Positions 46,095-56,500 of a stretch of DNA of 64,000 bases are shown here, piece after piece. Position numbers and translations under genes: made by a program. Position 1 is the stretch's first letter. Each line of letters opens with the position of its first letter. The stretch comes from Candidatus Latescibacterota bacterium. Its GTDB lineage: Bacteria > Latescibacterota > Latescibacteria > Latescibacterales > Latescibacteraceae. The notes beneath the pieces were generated by a model. That model saw nothing but the letters and a program-made list of their open reading frames with translations, was not told where the DNA came from and did not search any database. Location of the stretch: assembly GCA_042572165.1 (NCBI GenBank), contig JBHPFF010000001.1, forward strand, positions 10,770-74,769. Direction: 5' to 3'.

Positions 46095-47030
46095 CTAATT
46101 CATAAACCAAAACACCTTGATAGCCTTGTTCGACAGATTGATGTTTGCGTGCGGAGTTCGGTTATCCGAAGGGACTTTGTAGGCGGTACCAAAATTGAAG
46201 GGGCGGAGTTCCTTTCCTAGTAGACTTGAAACACCATCCGTTAGCGAGAACCAGATTTCTTCCACTGTCCCTGAACTTCCGCCATGGCTGTGCGGCTGGC
46301 TCATAGTCATCGGGGTAAACCACACCGGACCGCAACTTATTGTGGCGAGAACACCTCTGCGGAAGAGCGTTTTGTAGTTGTGCGTCCAGTGTACATCGTT
46401 GCTTGAGAAGTTTGCCGAAGCTTCATCAGCCCAGACGACTTCCTTGCTCGGAGTGAAATCATCGGGCAGGTTTTCCGTAATACAGAAGAAGCTCAGGTCA
46501 TCCTCACTTGTGCAATGCATGCTGAAGGCGACATCGGGAGGAACGACGATACCGACGCCCGAATAGATTTCGTAGGTTTTCCCACCAGACTCAATAGTAC
46601 CCATGCCACCCGCGCAATAGAATATCCGCTGTTCCTTCACAGCAGGATCAATCCGTGCTTCTGTAACTCGCTGGCCGACAGGAAGAATAACGAAGGATAG
46701 GAGCTTGATGTTTGTAAGGCATGCGCTTCTACGAACTGGATGAAGCGGATCAGGTCCCACGAGTGGTGTGAGGATGTCGCGCTCGATCATTGCCCGAAAG
46801 AGGCCGCGATTGTTGGACTCTTTGTAGCTGCCCATGAACATGTCGATGTCGGGTTCCGTTTCTGGGTTGTAAGGTCTCCCATCAAGCCGTTCGGGTCCGG
46901 TTTGCTCGTCTCTTGGAACTGTTCCTCCTCTACGCTGACCTCTTGCCGGATTCTGGCCAGGTGCCTGAGCAAAAACCATTGAGGAGTAAATCAACAAGAT
47001 AACAACGCACAATCTGACAATTTTAACCAT
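46095..47030 (-). CDS. secreted cupin-fold (bicupin-like) protein
   Basis: Signal peptide ...MVFAQAPG. Cupin metal-binding motif PHSHGGSSGTVEEIWF. A markedly GC-rich gene relative to the window. Confidence 0.6.
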   Translation of the reverse strand: MVKIVRLCVVILLIYSSMVFAQAPGQNPARGQRRGGTVPRDEQTGPERLDGRPYNPETEPDIDMFMGSYKESNNRGLFRAMIERDILTPLVGPDPLHPVRRSACLTNIKLLSFVILPVGQRVTEARIDPAVKEQRIFYCAGGMGTIESGGKTYEIYSGVGIVVPPDVAFSMHCTSEDDLSFFCITENLPDDFTPSKEVVWADEASANFSSNDVHWTHNYKTLFRRGVLATISCGPVWFTPMTMSQPHSHGGSSGTVEEIWFSLTDGVSSLLGKELRPFNFGTAYKVPSDNRTPHANINLSNKAIKVFWFMN

Positions 47031-47572
47031 GGTGTATCTCTCCTTTACATGGTAGATAAATGTGTAATGAACGGATATTCCCCATATAGAATATTATGAG
47101 GAGTTAAATTCTAAACAATCTTATTGATAAATCAATATTACCTATCTCAAGTTCTTTTTCAAGTATTTTCTGCTTACACTCCATTCCCGTAATAATTCCC
47201 CATATTGATAATTCCTTCTATTCAACTTCACCTTGACTTTTCCTAATATTGTGATAAGTTAAAAGCGGGATGTGCAGAGGTTTTTACGATTAACATTACG
47301 CCCTCAACAAGGGTCTGCTGGCTAACACAAGAAGTGGTCCAAAGAGTGGGAGCAGGTTATTTCAGTAAAATCACATCTCGCAGCTAGCCTCATCAATACT
47401 TTTCTCAATGCAGGAATGAGAGTCTTTCCCTCGTTATTATGGAATACTCTTGACTGGCTCGGCTAAGAATATGAACGAGCATCGCCCTCCGGGTAATTCA
47501 CCCTTCAATGTCTTCAATTGGTTTGGACATCATTAAACATTCTACAGCAGATTTGCGACTAGATTTAACCTC

Positions 47573-48811
47573 TCACCAATGTGTCAATGATCCATCGGGA
47601 CGTGTGTGGATCAGGCTGGTGCTTGGTTCAGTTATTTCACCAATCAGTTTCACCTGAGCCAGATCGAGTGTAACACCTAGGCCAGGACGGTTGTTCGGAA
47701 AAACCTTCGCTTCACGCGAATCATAGCACTCCGGCATGTACTCCGGACCGCCGCGAGCGCCTTCGAATATCACTACCCCCGGGAATGTGGATAGAACATG
47801 TACGAGCGCCGCGGTCGCGATGGGGCCGGTGAAGTGCGGAACGATTCCCACAGCATGTGTTTCACACATTGCCATGATTTTCATCATCTCGGTAATACCG
47901 CCCACATTTGGCAGTGTGGCACGGATGTAATCTATGTCGTGGTTTTCCACGAGATCGTTGAAGTCATAACGCTGGCCCCATTCCTCGCCGGGAGCTAACG
48001 GACAGGTAGTCATTGTACTCAGCTTCGGTATATCCTGATTCCTATGCTCGTCACGCACGGGGTCTTCCACGAACAAGGGATCGAACTCCTCAATCATGCG
48101 ACAGGCACGTAAGGAATCGTTGAAATCAAATCGCTGGTGGAAGTCTATGCACCATTCACCGTTATCACCGACTCCCTCACGCGCGGCTTCGGCTATCTGG
48201 GCGACATAGCGCGCCTGCTCACGCGTGTAATAGGTGCCTCCCGTGGTAGCAGTGTTATCCGTGGTGCTCGTGCGATAGGCACGGAAACCAGCATCCATCA
48301 CCGCGCTGGCATTATCACGTATTCTCTGGCGAAAATCGGTTGCCTTGCTACGGGTGCCGGCTCCGGTGGCGTATCGTTCGCAGTAGTTACGGACCGTGCC
48401 GCCGAGAATCTGATGCACCGGCACATCAAGTGCCTTGCCCTTGATGTCCCAAAGTGCTATGTCAAGCGCTCCCTGTGCGTGAATCTTCTCGCGACCCGGC
48501 GGGTAGAACCACCCTATGTACATCTCTTGCCACAGGTGTTCGATCTTGAAGGGATCCTTGCCTATCAGCGTACCGGCGCATTGTGTCAAGGTGTCTTTCA
48601 ATCCACCGTCAGCGATGCCCGTGATGCCAATATCCGTCTCGACCGTCACGATCATGTTACTCTGATTAAAGGTCTGGTTCAAACGTGGCGGCTCGTAGAT
48701 GCGGATGCGGGTGATTTTTGCCTCCGGGAGCGCAGCCTCGGAGGGCCGTTGGCGCACGATTCCAGCGCTCGATGCGACTGCCAGTGACTTAAGGAACGAT
48801 CGTCTGTTCAT
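47573..48811 (-). CDS. enolase-superfamily enzyme (mandelate racemase / muconate lactonizing enzyme family) with twin-arginine signal
   Basis: MNRRSFLKSLAVASSAG (Tat motif). MR/MLE N-terminal capping domain (ALDIALWDIKGKALDVPVHQILGG). Barrel-domain acidic ligands (IDFHQRFD, FVEDP). GC-rich. Confidence 0.8.
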   Translation of the reverse strand: MNRRSFLKSLAVASSAGIVRQRPSEAALPEAKITRIRIYEPPRLNQTFNQSNMIVTVETDIGITGIADGGLKDTLTQCAGTLIGKDPFKIEHLWQEMYIGWFYPPGREKIHAQGALDIALWDIKGKALDVPVHQILGGTVRNYCERYATGAGTRSKATDFRQRIRDNASAVMDAGFRAYRTSTTDNTATTGGTYYTREQARYVAQIAEAAREGVGDNGEWCIDFHQRFDFNDSLRACRMIEEFDPLFVEDPVRDEHRNQDIPKLSTMTTCPLAPGEEWGQRYDFNDLVENHDIDYIRATLPNVGGITEMMKIMAMCETHAVGIVPHFTGPIATAALVHVLSTFPGVVIFEGARGGPEYMPECYDSREAKVFPNNRPGLGVTLDLAQVKLIGEITEPSTSLIHTRPDGSLTHW

Positions 48812-49845
48812 ACTTGCTTCCTCCTTAACGTTAAAAAATTACGAACTCTTTTCTTTCATTGTCGTGGATGCTCATTCATCGTGAAATATACCAGTACGTA
48901 ACTGAATGAACGAAACGGACAAATCACAGAATCTTCATCAGTAATTTCATTCGATATTACTGTATGTCGTCAGAACATTTTGTACATAGTAGGTGTAGTT
49001 TTCAGGAATAACAACTGTTTTTTCAAGCCTCCTTTCTCGAGGTTATATACTCGTCTCATCTTCAATGTTTCATTTTTGATCATATCTCCCTGCGACAGAC
49101 GCTCACTGTTTCGGTACATCTGGGAACAGTAAAAAAATCAAGAAATCTCATCAAAACACACTATTTCTTACTATTTCTTACTTTTTCTGTACTTTTAGGA
49201 AAAATTTTTCCCCAATAAGGGATTATATATGTAACTAATTATATGTGTTATAGTTACTTTTTTTTATACTTTCATAGCAAATATACTGAACTAAAGGAAC
49301 GTTATCTTTAACCCGCAAATGACTCAAGTAAGAGACTAAAAGTTATTTTAACCAAATCCTAATATATATCAGTCCAATCCCCACTGTGCAAAGCAAAGTC
49401 CCTCCCCATGTAAGCAATAAACCAGAGGCCTTTCAAAATCCCAGCAAGACAAGAGAGGGCATGGATTGATATTATAGAGCCGGCGCCGAGCATAAGCCCA
49501 CCGCTGTCCCCGATGGGTCAATGAGCCGGCTCTTTGAGGGTTGTGTTGGCCTATTCTATGGTGCCAAGGATGCTGTTAAACGCCTTTAAAGCGATTATCT
49601 TTTCATTAATAGGGTTTGGGTGAGGTGCTACTGAATAGAAATAGATAGTATAGCCTATTATTACCATCGTCATAAGTAGGTTTTGAGCAAACAATGGTAG
49701 GTTACGGCAAATGGTTGCGTATAGGGTTGTGGGACCTATAAGTTTTTTTAGTTTTTTTAACTAATTTTCAGCTTCTTTGCCGGGACTAAATATATTATAT
49801 TAAATAATAATGAAAAATATTTAACCTAAGTCCCTGTTTTTATTA

Positions 49846-49920
49846 TGGAGCGGGAGACGGGGATCGAACCCGCGACATCAAGCTTGGGAAGCTTGCGTTC
49901 CACCTCTGAACTACTCCCGC
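49846..49920 (-). tRNA. tRNA-Gly (anticodon CCC), CCA encoded
   Basis: The minus strand reads GCGGGAGTAGTTCAGAGGTGGAACGCAAGCTTCCCAAGCTTGATGTCGCGGGTTCGATCCCCGTCTCCCGCTCCA. This gives a 7-bp acceptor stem, D-arm GTTC/GAAC, anticodon stem CAAGC/GCTTG with loop TTCCCAA, T-arm GCGGG-TTCGATC-CCCGT and discriminator U. Confidence 0.9.
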
Positions 49921-49984
49921 TTATCGGTCATAATATACTTTTAATCCTTAACGTACGTCAAGTTTTTTCATTTCTTCTAAAAAT

Positions 49985-50917
49985 TTATCTCTCCTGCATG
50001 AACCACTGTTCCAGTTCGTCAAGTTTATCCGGAACAGCCGGGGCTTCCGAGGTGTCGATCCACTGGACATCCTGAACTGAACGAAACCAGGTCAACTGCC
50101 GTTTAGCATACCGCCTCGTATTCCGTTTGACATCCTCAAGGCATTTCCCGAAAGAGTCCCTGCTGTCGAGATACGGGAACCATTCCTTGTATCCTACCGT
50201 ATCAAGTGCGGGGACATCACGGGAATATCCTCTGCCCAGGACAGATTTAAGCTCGTCCACCAACCCTCTTGACACCATGTCATCTACTCGGTCATTGATA
50301 CGGGTGTATAATCTTTCACGAGCCATGTTCACTCCGATAGTGAAATAGGTGTAATCTCCTCCGCTGAATTTCTCATTTTCACGTATTTCGGTAAATGTTC
50401 TGCCGGTGGAGTAGAAGATTTCCAGGGCACGTACGACACGGACTGTATCATGTTCATGAAGTTCTGAAGCACGTGCAGGATCGATCGAGGCAAGTTTCCT
50501 GTAAAGAACTGAGGGTCCCTCCCGGGCAAGTTCCTTATTAAGGTTTTCTCTCACGCCGTACTCAGGAGTAATACCACCGGTCAGACCCTCGCGGAAAGCG
50601 GTCAGATAAAAACCTGTTCCCCCGGATATAACCGGCAGTCTTCCCCGGGCAATTATGTCATTCACCACTGTTGATGCCCTGTGCATCCAATCCCCGGCAC
50701 TGAAGTGTTCGTCGGGATCGATTATATCGATAATATGGTGAGGTATCTTTTTACGGTCTTCAGGCGCAGGTTTTGCTGTTCCGATATCAAGGTACCTGTA
50801 TACTTTCCGGGAGTCGGCGCTAACGATCTCGCCATCGAATCTCAGAGCAGTTTCCAGGGCAAGCCTCTTTTTGCCCGATGCCGTGGGACCGGCAATAATG
50901 ACTACTTTGGGCTTCAC
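49985..50917 (-). CDS. miaA: tRNA dimethylallyltransferase
   Basis: P-loop VVIIAGPTASGKKRLALE. DSRKVYRYLDIGTAKP and HHIIDIIDP motifs. 310 aa. The stop overlaps the mutL start. Confidence 0.9.
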   Translation of the reverse strand: MKPKVVIIAGPTASGKKRLALETALRFDGEIVSADSRKVYRYLDIGTAKPAPEDRKKIPHHIIDIIDPDEHFSAGDWMHRASTVVNDIIARGRLPVISGGTGFYLTAFREGLTGGITPEYGVRENLNKELAREGPSVLYRKLASIDPARASELHEHDTVRVVRALEIFYSTGRTFTEIRENEKFSGGDYTYFTIGVNMARERLYTRINDRVDDMVSRGLVDELKSVLGRGYSRDVPALDTVGYKEWFPYLDSRDSFGKCLEDVKRNTRRYAKRQLTWFRSVQDVQWIDTSEAPAVPDKLDELEQWFMQER

Positions 50918-52707
50918 CGTCCGAATCTCCGGTCAAGCTCCTCAATGGTAAGCTTTATAATGATTGGACGTCCGTGGGGGCAGACGAAAGGCGAAGTGGT
51001 AGCGAAAAGACGGTCGACAAGATACTGCATTTCACCGTGAGTCAAGGGTTTGCCTGCCTTGATCGCCGAGCGGCAAGCAATGGCAGCGGCAAGTTTCTCG
51101 ATGTATCCCGAGCTAATCCTGCCGTGCAGGCGCATTTCATCAATATATTTTGTCAGGATTTTACCGTCCTCAAACTCAATATGCCATGAAGGAACGGCAT
51201 CAACGATTACCGACCTCTCGCCAAACTCCCTGATACCGAATCCGATCTGATTGAGGAATTCGATCATGGGTTCGAGAATGTCATAATCCGCAGTGGAAAA
51301 ATCAAGAACCAGCGGAAATAACAGCTGCTGGGCTGAGGCTTTCCTGCCTCGGAAATGTTCCATAATTTCCTCGAACAGTACACGTTCGTGAGCGACATGC
51401 TGGTCAATAATGACAGCACCTTCCTTTACTGTGGTAATGATATAGCGATCCTTGAGCTGCCAGAAGACAGGCCTCTCGTCAGTGGATTCTTCTTTCCCAT
51501 GTTGTGGGGGAAACTCAACCAAAGCGCTTTTAGGCGTCTCGATGGGAAACGCAAAATCGATCTGGGAATTTTGTCCCTGGGAACCTCTGGATTCCCTCTG
51601 CACACGAAGAAGTTCTTCCTGCCATCTGTCCGGTGGCAGGTTATACATGGTAATTGGCCGGGCTGATGAGGAGTACCCGGTCTCAGGTTTTGGTGCTGTG
51701 CCGAGGTCGGGCGCCGCGATCATAGTATGAAATATCTGCGCAATGTTCTCTCTGAGTGCCTGTAAGATCTTGTATTCCCGATGGATACGGACTTCACGTT
51801 TCGTTGGATGCACATTGACATCAACCCGTGATGGATCGATCTCAAAATAAAGCACGAAAGCCGGGTACATCCCCTTTAACAGAGAAGGCCCGTACCCGTC
51901 AAATACTGCTCTCATTATACTTTTTGAACTGATAGGCCTGCCGTTCATGATAATGTACTGGTGGTCAGGGGATCTTCTTGCCGTATCGGGCTTTCCGATA
52001 AATCCACTAACCTCGATACCGTCACCGGAAAAACCGAAAGGAACCATCAGCTTTGTCAGGGTATCGCCGAATATCTGATGAAGCATTTCCTCTCTTTTGA
52101 GGGTGCCTTTAAAGGAAAAAACTGTCTTGCCCCCTGACATGACTGTCAGAAACAAACCGTACGAGCTGACCGCCACTTCATAAAGTATACGTTTTATATA
52201 CTTGAGTTCGGTTTTCTCTGACCGTAGAAATTTCCGCCGTGCCGGCAGGTTAAATAACAGGTTTTTTACCTCTATCACGGTTCCTTCATCGCGTCCGGCT
52301 TCTGTCACATCCCTGAGTGTGCCGCCGTCAATAACCAGCCGTGTACCAAACGTGTCTTCCTTGCGTTTCGTTTCAATAAACGACTGAGAAACCGAGACGA
52401 TCGAAGGTAGCGCCTCACCACGGAAACCGAGAGTCGTGATATTCTCGATATCAGATATTTTCTCTATCTTTGAGGTTGCATGGCGCTCAATTGCGAGAAG
52501 AGCGTCTTCTCGGCTCATCCCGATACCGTCGTCGGATACTCTGATTAATCGTGTGCCACCAGCCTCGATATCAACTGTTATTCTACCGGCACCGGCATCA
52601 ATCGAGTTTTCGACAAGTTCTTTAACCACAGAGGAAGGACGTTCGACAACCTCTCCCGCTGCAATTTTATTTACCACTGCATCAGGTAGTACTTTTATTT
52701 TAGACAA
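50914..52707 (-). CDS. mutL: DNA mismatch repair protein MutL
   Basis: GHKL ATPase N-terminus (LPDAVVNKIAAGEVVERPSSVVKELVENSIDAGA). 597 aa. C-terminal dimerization domain. Confidence 0.9.
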   Translation of the reverse strand: MSKIKVLPDAVVNKIAAGEVVERPSSVVKELVENSIDAGAGRITVDIEAGGTRLIRVSDDGIGMSREDALLAIERHATSKIEKISDIENITTLGFRGEALPSIVSVSQSFIETKRKEDTFGTRLVIDGGTLRDVTEAGRDEGTVIEVKNLLFNLPARRKFLRSEKTELKYIKRILYEVAVSSYGLFLTVMSGGKTVFSFKGTLKREEMLHQIFGDTLTKLMVPFGFSGDGIEVSGFIGKPDTARRSPDHQYIIMNGRPISSKSIMRAVFDGYGPSLLKGMYPAFVLYFEIDPSRVDVNVHPTKREVRIHREYKILQALRENIAQIFHTMIAAPDLGTAPKPETGYSSSARPITMYNLPPDRWQEELLRVQRESRGSQGQNSQIDFAFPIETPKSALVEFPPQHGKEESTDERPVFWQLKDRYIITTVKEGAVIIDQHVAHERVLFEEIMEHFRGRKASAQQLLFPLVLDFSTADYDILEPMIEFLNQIGFGIREFGERSVIVDAVPSWHIEFEDGKILTKYIDEMRLHGRISSGYIEKLAAAIACRSAIKAGKPLTHGEMQYLVDRLFATTSPFVCPHGRPIIIKLTIEELDRRFGR

Positions 52708-52716
52708 AGGATGACC

Positions 52717-55341
52717 TCATTCATAATTCTCTGTGACTTTTCTCTTCAATTGCTCCAGCAGCAAAAGCGCCTTAATCGGTGTGAGGTTGTTAATGTCGAT
52801 TTCGCGGAGTTCTTCCACAACCGGATGTTCGGGCAGTTCAAACAGGGTCATTTGAGGGGTGTGCTCCTTTTTCCCACTGTGGCGTATGGCAATCCGTGGC
52901 TTATTGTCAAACGTGAATTCGTTTGATTCAAGATTGGAAAGAATCTCCTTTGCCCGTGCGATCACCTGCGGCGGAAGTCCCGCAAGTCTCGCAACCTGGA
53001 TTCCAAGGCTCTGATCAGAACCTCCGTCCATGATTTTCCGTAAAAAGATTACTTCATCGTTCCATTCCTTGACCGCCACATTATAGTTTTTTACCCGTGG
53101 AAGCAACTGCTCAATCTCCGTCAGTTCATGGAAGTGTGTCGCAAAGAGCGTTCTGGCAGATGATTGCTTGATCTGATGCAGGAATTCCACAATCGCCCAT
53201 GCAATACTCAAACCATCGAATGTAGATGTTCCTCTTCCAACCTCATCGAACAGGATAAGACTTTTCGGTGTACAGTTGTTGAGAATATTCGCCGTTTCGT
53301 TCATTTCCATGAGGAATGTGGATTCACCTCCGGCAAGATTGTCAGAAGCCCCCACGCGGGTAAAAATCCTGTCAACCACGCCAATACTGGCAGACGAGGC
53401 AGGAACGAACGAACCCGCCTGTGCCAGCAGAACGATAAGTCCCACCTGCCTGAGGTATGTTGACTTACCCGCCATATTCGGGCCGGTTATGATAAGTATC
53501 TGCTCATTGTCTCCAACGATAAAAGTATCATTTGAGACAAACTTTCCGGCGGGAAGAAGACTTTCGACAACCGGATGACGCCCGTCCTTGATATCAATAA
53601 TCATACTTTCATCGATCTCCGGGCGCACGTATCCATTTTCAGTAACCGTCCGCGCAAACGAATGGAGAACATCAATAACTGCGACAGCGGATGAAAACGC
53701 CTGAATTTCTTTCACCCGGCCTGCGACCTTTTTCCTCAGATCCGTAAAAAGCCCCCGCTCAAGATCGGCGATACGCTCGGAGGCTCCGAGAACCCTGGTC
53801 TCGTATTCCTTGAGTTCAGGAGTAATGAACCGCTCGGCGTTTACCAGGGTCTGTTTGCGCATGTAATCGTCAGGGACACGGTCGAGATTGGATTTCGACA
53901 CCTCGATGAAATAACCGAATACGTTATTATACTTTATTTTCAGGTTGGTAATTTTGGTCCTCTGGCGCTCCTTTTCCTGAAGATCGGCAATCCACGTTCT
54001 TCCCGAGCGAGATATTTCACGAACTTCATCCAGCCCGTCATGGTACCCGTCACGGAATATCCCGCCATCGGAGATGGCCATCGGCGGCTCATCGACTATC
54101 GCATCGGTAATGGTTGAAGCTATGTCGCGCAGGTCACCAATCTGTTCCCTGTACCGTGAAAGTATATTTGAAACAAAACTGCTCAGTAGTTCTCTGAGTT
54201 CCCATGAACATTCGAGGGATTCGGCAAGGGAAACTATATCACGAGGGTTTGCATGCTCAAGGCATACACGGCTTATCAGCCGCTCCACATCGCGGATACG
54301 GTCAAGGATGCTTTTTAATTCCTCATTGGTTCCGGGATTATCCACCAGTTCCTGAACTCCGTCGAGCCTTTCATTGATATGCTCAGTGTCAAGGAGAGGG
54401 CTGGTTATCCAGTCTTTCAACAACCTTCCCCCCATGGGAGTAATCGTATTATCGATAACACCAAACAGCGTGCTCCTTGTACACGTGATGTCGTTTATCG
54501 AAGAAACAATCTCAAGATTTTTCAGCGTCCTTGCATCGATAAACATTTTTTCGTCGGGACGGTACCTTTTTATGGCGGTAATGTGGTCTAGCGAGGCTTT
54601 CTGTGTTTCCACCAGGTAGGCTAAGGTGCCACCGGCTGCGGAGATTCCAAGTTGGCTATCTTCAATTCCGAATCCCTTGAGATTGGTTACCTTGAAATGT
54701 TCACGGATCCTGTCTTCCGCAAAATGTTTATCGAATATCCACCCTTCACGATAAGTTATCATTACATTATTAAGGCGTGTTTTGACAACATCCTCAATCT
54801 CCTGCGGCTCGTTTTCGGAAAGCAGTATCTCTGCCGGGTTAATTCGCTCCAGTTCATCCAGCCAGTTCCTGCCCGAGGGGATTTCACCTGCCCGAAACTC
54901 CCCGGTTGAGAGATCCACTATCGCCATCCCGGCATCATCGCCATTGAACGAAAGAGCGGCCATAAAGTTATTGCTCGTAGCATCGAGAACCTCCTCACTC
55001 ATTGCCGTTCCCGGTGTAACGACCTGCACCACCTCACGCTTCACCGGACCGGGGGATTTCCCCGGGAGACTGGTCTGTTCACAGATAGCCACTTTGTATC
55101 CGGCACGGAGAAGCTTTGAAAGATAGCCGTTGACAGCATGATAGGGCATACCTGCCATGGGGACAGGATTTTTTTTGTTCTTTTCACGCGATGTCAGTGT
55201 TAAACCGAGCTCACGGGAGACGGTTTTGGCATCATCATAGAACATTTCGTAAAAATCACCCATCCTGAAAAAGAGTATGGCGTCGTTATACTCTTTCTTG
55301 ATATCGAGATACTGTTTCATTACGGGGGTGAAATCGGACAT
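52717..55341 (-). CDS. mutS: DNA mismatch repair protein MutS
   Basis: Mismatch-binding N-terminus (TPVMKQYLDIKKEYNDAILFFRMGDFYEMFYDDA). Walker A ITGPNMAGKSTYLRQ. 874 aa. Confidence 0.92.
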   Translation of the reverse strand: MSDFTPVMKQYLDIKKEYNDAILFFRMGDFYEMFYDDAKTVSRELGLTLTSREKNKKNPVPMAGMPYHAVNGYLSKLLRAGYKVAICEQTSLPGKSPGPVKREVVQVVTPGTAMSEEVLDATSNNFMAALSFNGDDAGMAIVDLSTGEFRAGEIPSGRNWLDELERINPAEILLSENEPQEIEDVVKTRLNNVMITYREGWIFDKHFAEDRIREHFKVTNLKGFGIEDSQLGISAAGGTLAYLVETQKASLDHITAIKRYRPDEKMFIDARTLKNLEIVSSINDITCTRSTLFGVIDNTITPMGGRLLKDWITSPLLDTEHINERLDGVQELVDNPGTNEELKSILDRIRDVERLISRVCLEHANPRDIVSLAESLECSWELRELLSSFVSNILSRYREQIGDLRDIASTITDAIVDEPPMAISDGGIFRDGYHDGLDEVREISRSGRTWIADLQEKERQRTKITNLKIKYNNVFGYFIEVSKSNLDRVPDDYMRKQTLVNAERFITPELKEYETRVLGASERIADLERGLFTDLRKKVAGRVKEIQAFSSAVAVIDVLHSFARTVTENGYVRPEIDESMIIDIKDGRHPVVESLLPAGKFVSNDTFIVGDNEQILIITGPNMAGKSTYLRQVGLIVLLAQAGSFVPASSASIGVVDRIFTRVGASDNLAGGESTFLMEMNETANILNNCTPKSLILFDEVGRGTSTFDGLSIAWAIVEFLHQIKQSSARTLFATHFHELTEIEQLLPRVKNYNVAVKEWNDEVIFLRKIMDGGSDQSLGIQVARLAGLPPQVIARAKEILSNLESNEFTFDNKPRIAIRHSGKKEHTPQMTLFELPEHPVVEELREIDINNLTPIKALLLLEQLKRKVTENYE

Positions 55342-55348
55342 GGGTAAT

Positions 55349-56500
55349 CTATTCCAGTGCTATGACGATTGCTTTATCACCGCTGACTTTTGTGACCTGT
55401 CTGGCTATATCATCGGCTTCTTCACGGTTTGTGTAGTAACCTACAAGAACTATAAAGTAATGTGTGCTCCTGGCGGTTTTCATTTCGATACGCGCATCAA
55501 AACCCGCATCTTTGAGTTTATTATACAATTTTAACGTATTCATACGGACGGTTAGCGCTGCTGCCTGAACAGAGAACTTCGCTTTCTCCTCAAGAGGTTT
55601 ATCTTCAGCCGATAACTCGACAACCGCTGTCACGTGTTCATTATCCGGTGCATGCCAGTTGGATTCAACGGAATCTGTGGCGGCTATTTCACTGTCAAAC
55701 GCATAACCGCTGTCACGTGCTATAATATTTCCCTTTTCACGAATTGCATGTGCCTGGAAACTATCAGGATAATTTTTCAGCAGCCTTTCAGTAAACCATG
55801 CCGCATTCTCCTCATTCCCCAGTTCACGCTGAGTGGTGGCAATTACCTCTATTGCGCGCGGGGTTACAGCACTGCTTTCATCCTCTTCCTCAAGGACTTT
55901 ACGGGCTGCAGCAAGAGCCTTCTCCCAATCCTTCATTTCCATATAACATTCCATCACACCGGTTGAGGCAAGCGTTCTTTGTAATCCTCCAGAATCCAGT
56001 TCCAGACACATTTCAAATTTTTCCAGAGCATCTTTTGGCGCTCCTGAAACGAGATGAACAACTCCCAGACGGTAAAGAGCCTCACAAGAGCAATTACTTG
56101 TTGGGTAGGTGTTAATCACACGTTCGCAGAGATCCGCAGCGGTTGAAAGATTTCCGCAGGAAAAATTCATCTCCGCCCGTGCAAAAACCGACTCGGCAGC
56201 CAGATTGGAATCCGGTTCGGAAGTGTTGTAATGAACCGATAATATTTCCGCCTCTTTATAAAGCGCAAGAGCCGTATTAAAATCATCTTCAAGCTGGGCA
56301 AGGTAAAAGAACGCACGGGGATTATCGGGATTTGTACGCCTGTACTGACGTAACGATTTCTTTGCCTCTTCGAACTGCCCCTCCTCCATCAGTTTAACAC
56401 AATCCTCCAGCCGGATATCCGGTGGATCGGTATACGAGAACTTCACAAAAATCAAAATAAAAACAAGGATAACCGGGATAACTATGAAAATCCTTTTCAT
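55349..56500 (-). CDS. TPR-repeat protein with C-terminal SPOR (peptidoglycan-binding) domain
   Basis: N-terminal TM anchor and several TPR-like helical repeats. C-terminal FSVQAAALTVRMNTLKLYNKLKDAGFDARIEM...YFIVLVGYYTNREEAD, a SPOR fold pattern. Confidence 0.65.
   Translation of the reverse strand: MKRIFIVIPVILVFILIFVKFSYTDPPDIRLEDCVKLMEEGQFEEAKKSLRQYRRTNPDNPRAFFYLAQLEDDFNTALALYKEAEILSVHYNTSEPDSNLAAESVFARAEMNFSCGNLSTAADLCERVINTYPTSNCSCEALYRLGVVHLVSGAPKDALEKFEMCLELDSGGLQRTLASTGVMECYMEMKDWEKALAAARKVLEEEDESSAVTPRAIEVIATTQRELGNEENAAWFTERLLKNYPDSFQAHAIREKGNIIARDSGYAFDSEIAATDSVESNWHAPDNEHVTAVVELSAEDKPLEEKAKFSVQAAALTVRMNTLKLYNKLKDAGFDARIEMKTARSTHYFIVLVGYYTNREEADDIARQVTKVSGDKAIVIALE

Noticed and set aside
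49846-49920. tRNA-Gly as the intact partner of the tRNA fragment at 10256
   Set aside because: The 3' ends differ at 7 of 26 positions (CCCGCCGCCTCCACCA against CCCGTCTCCCGCTCCA), so they are not a direct-repeat att pair.
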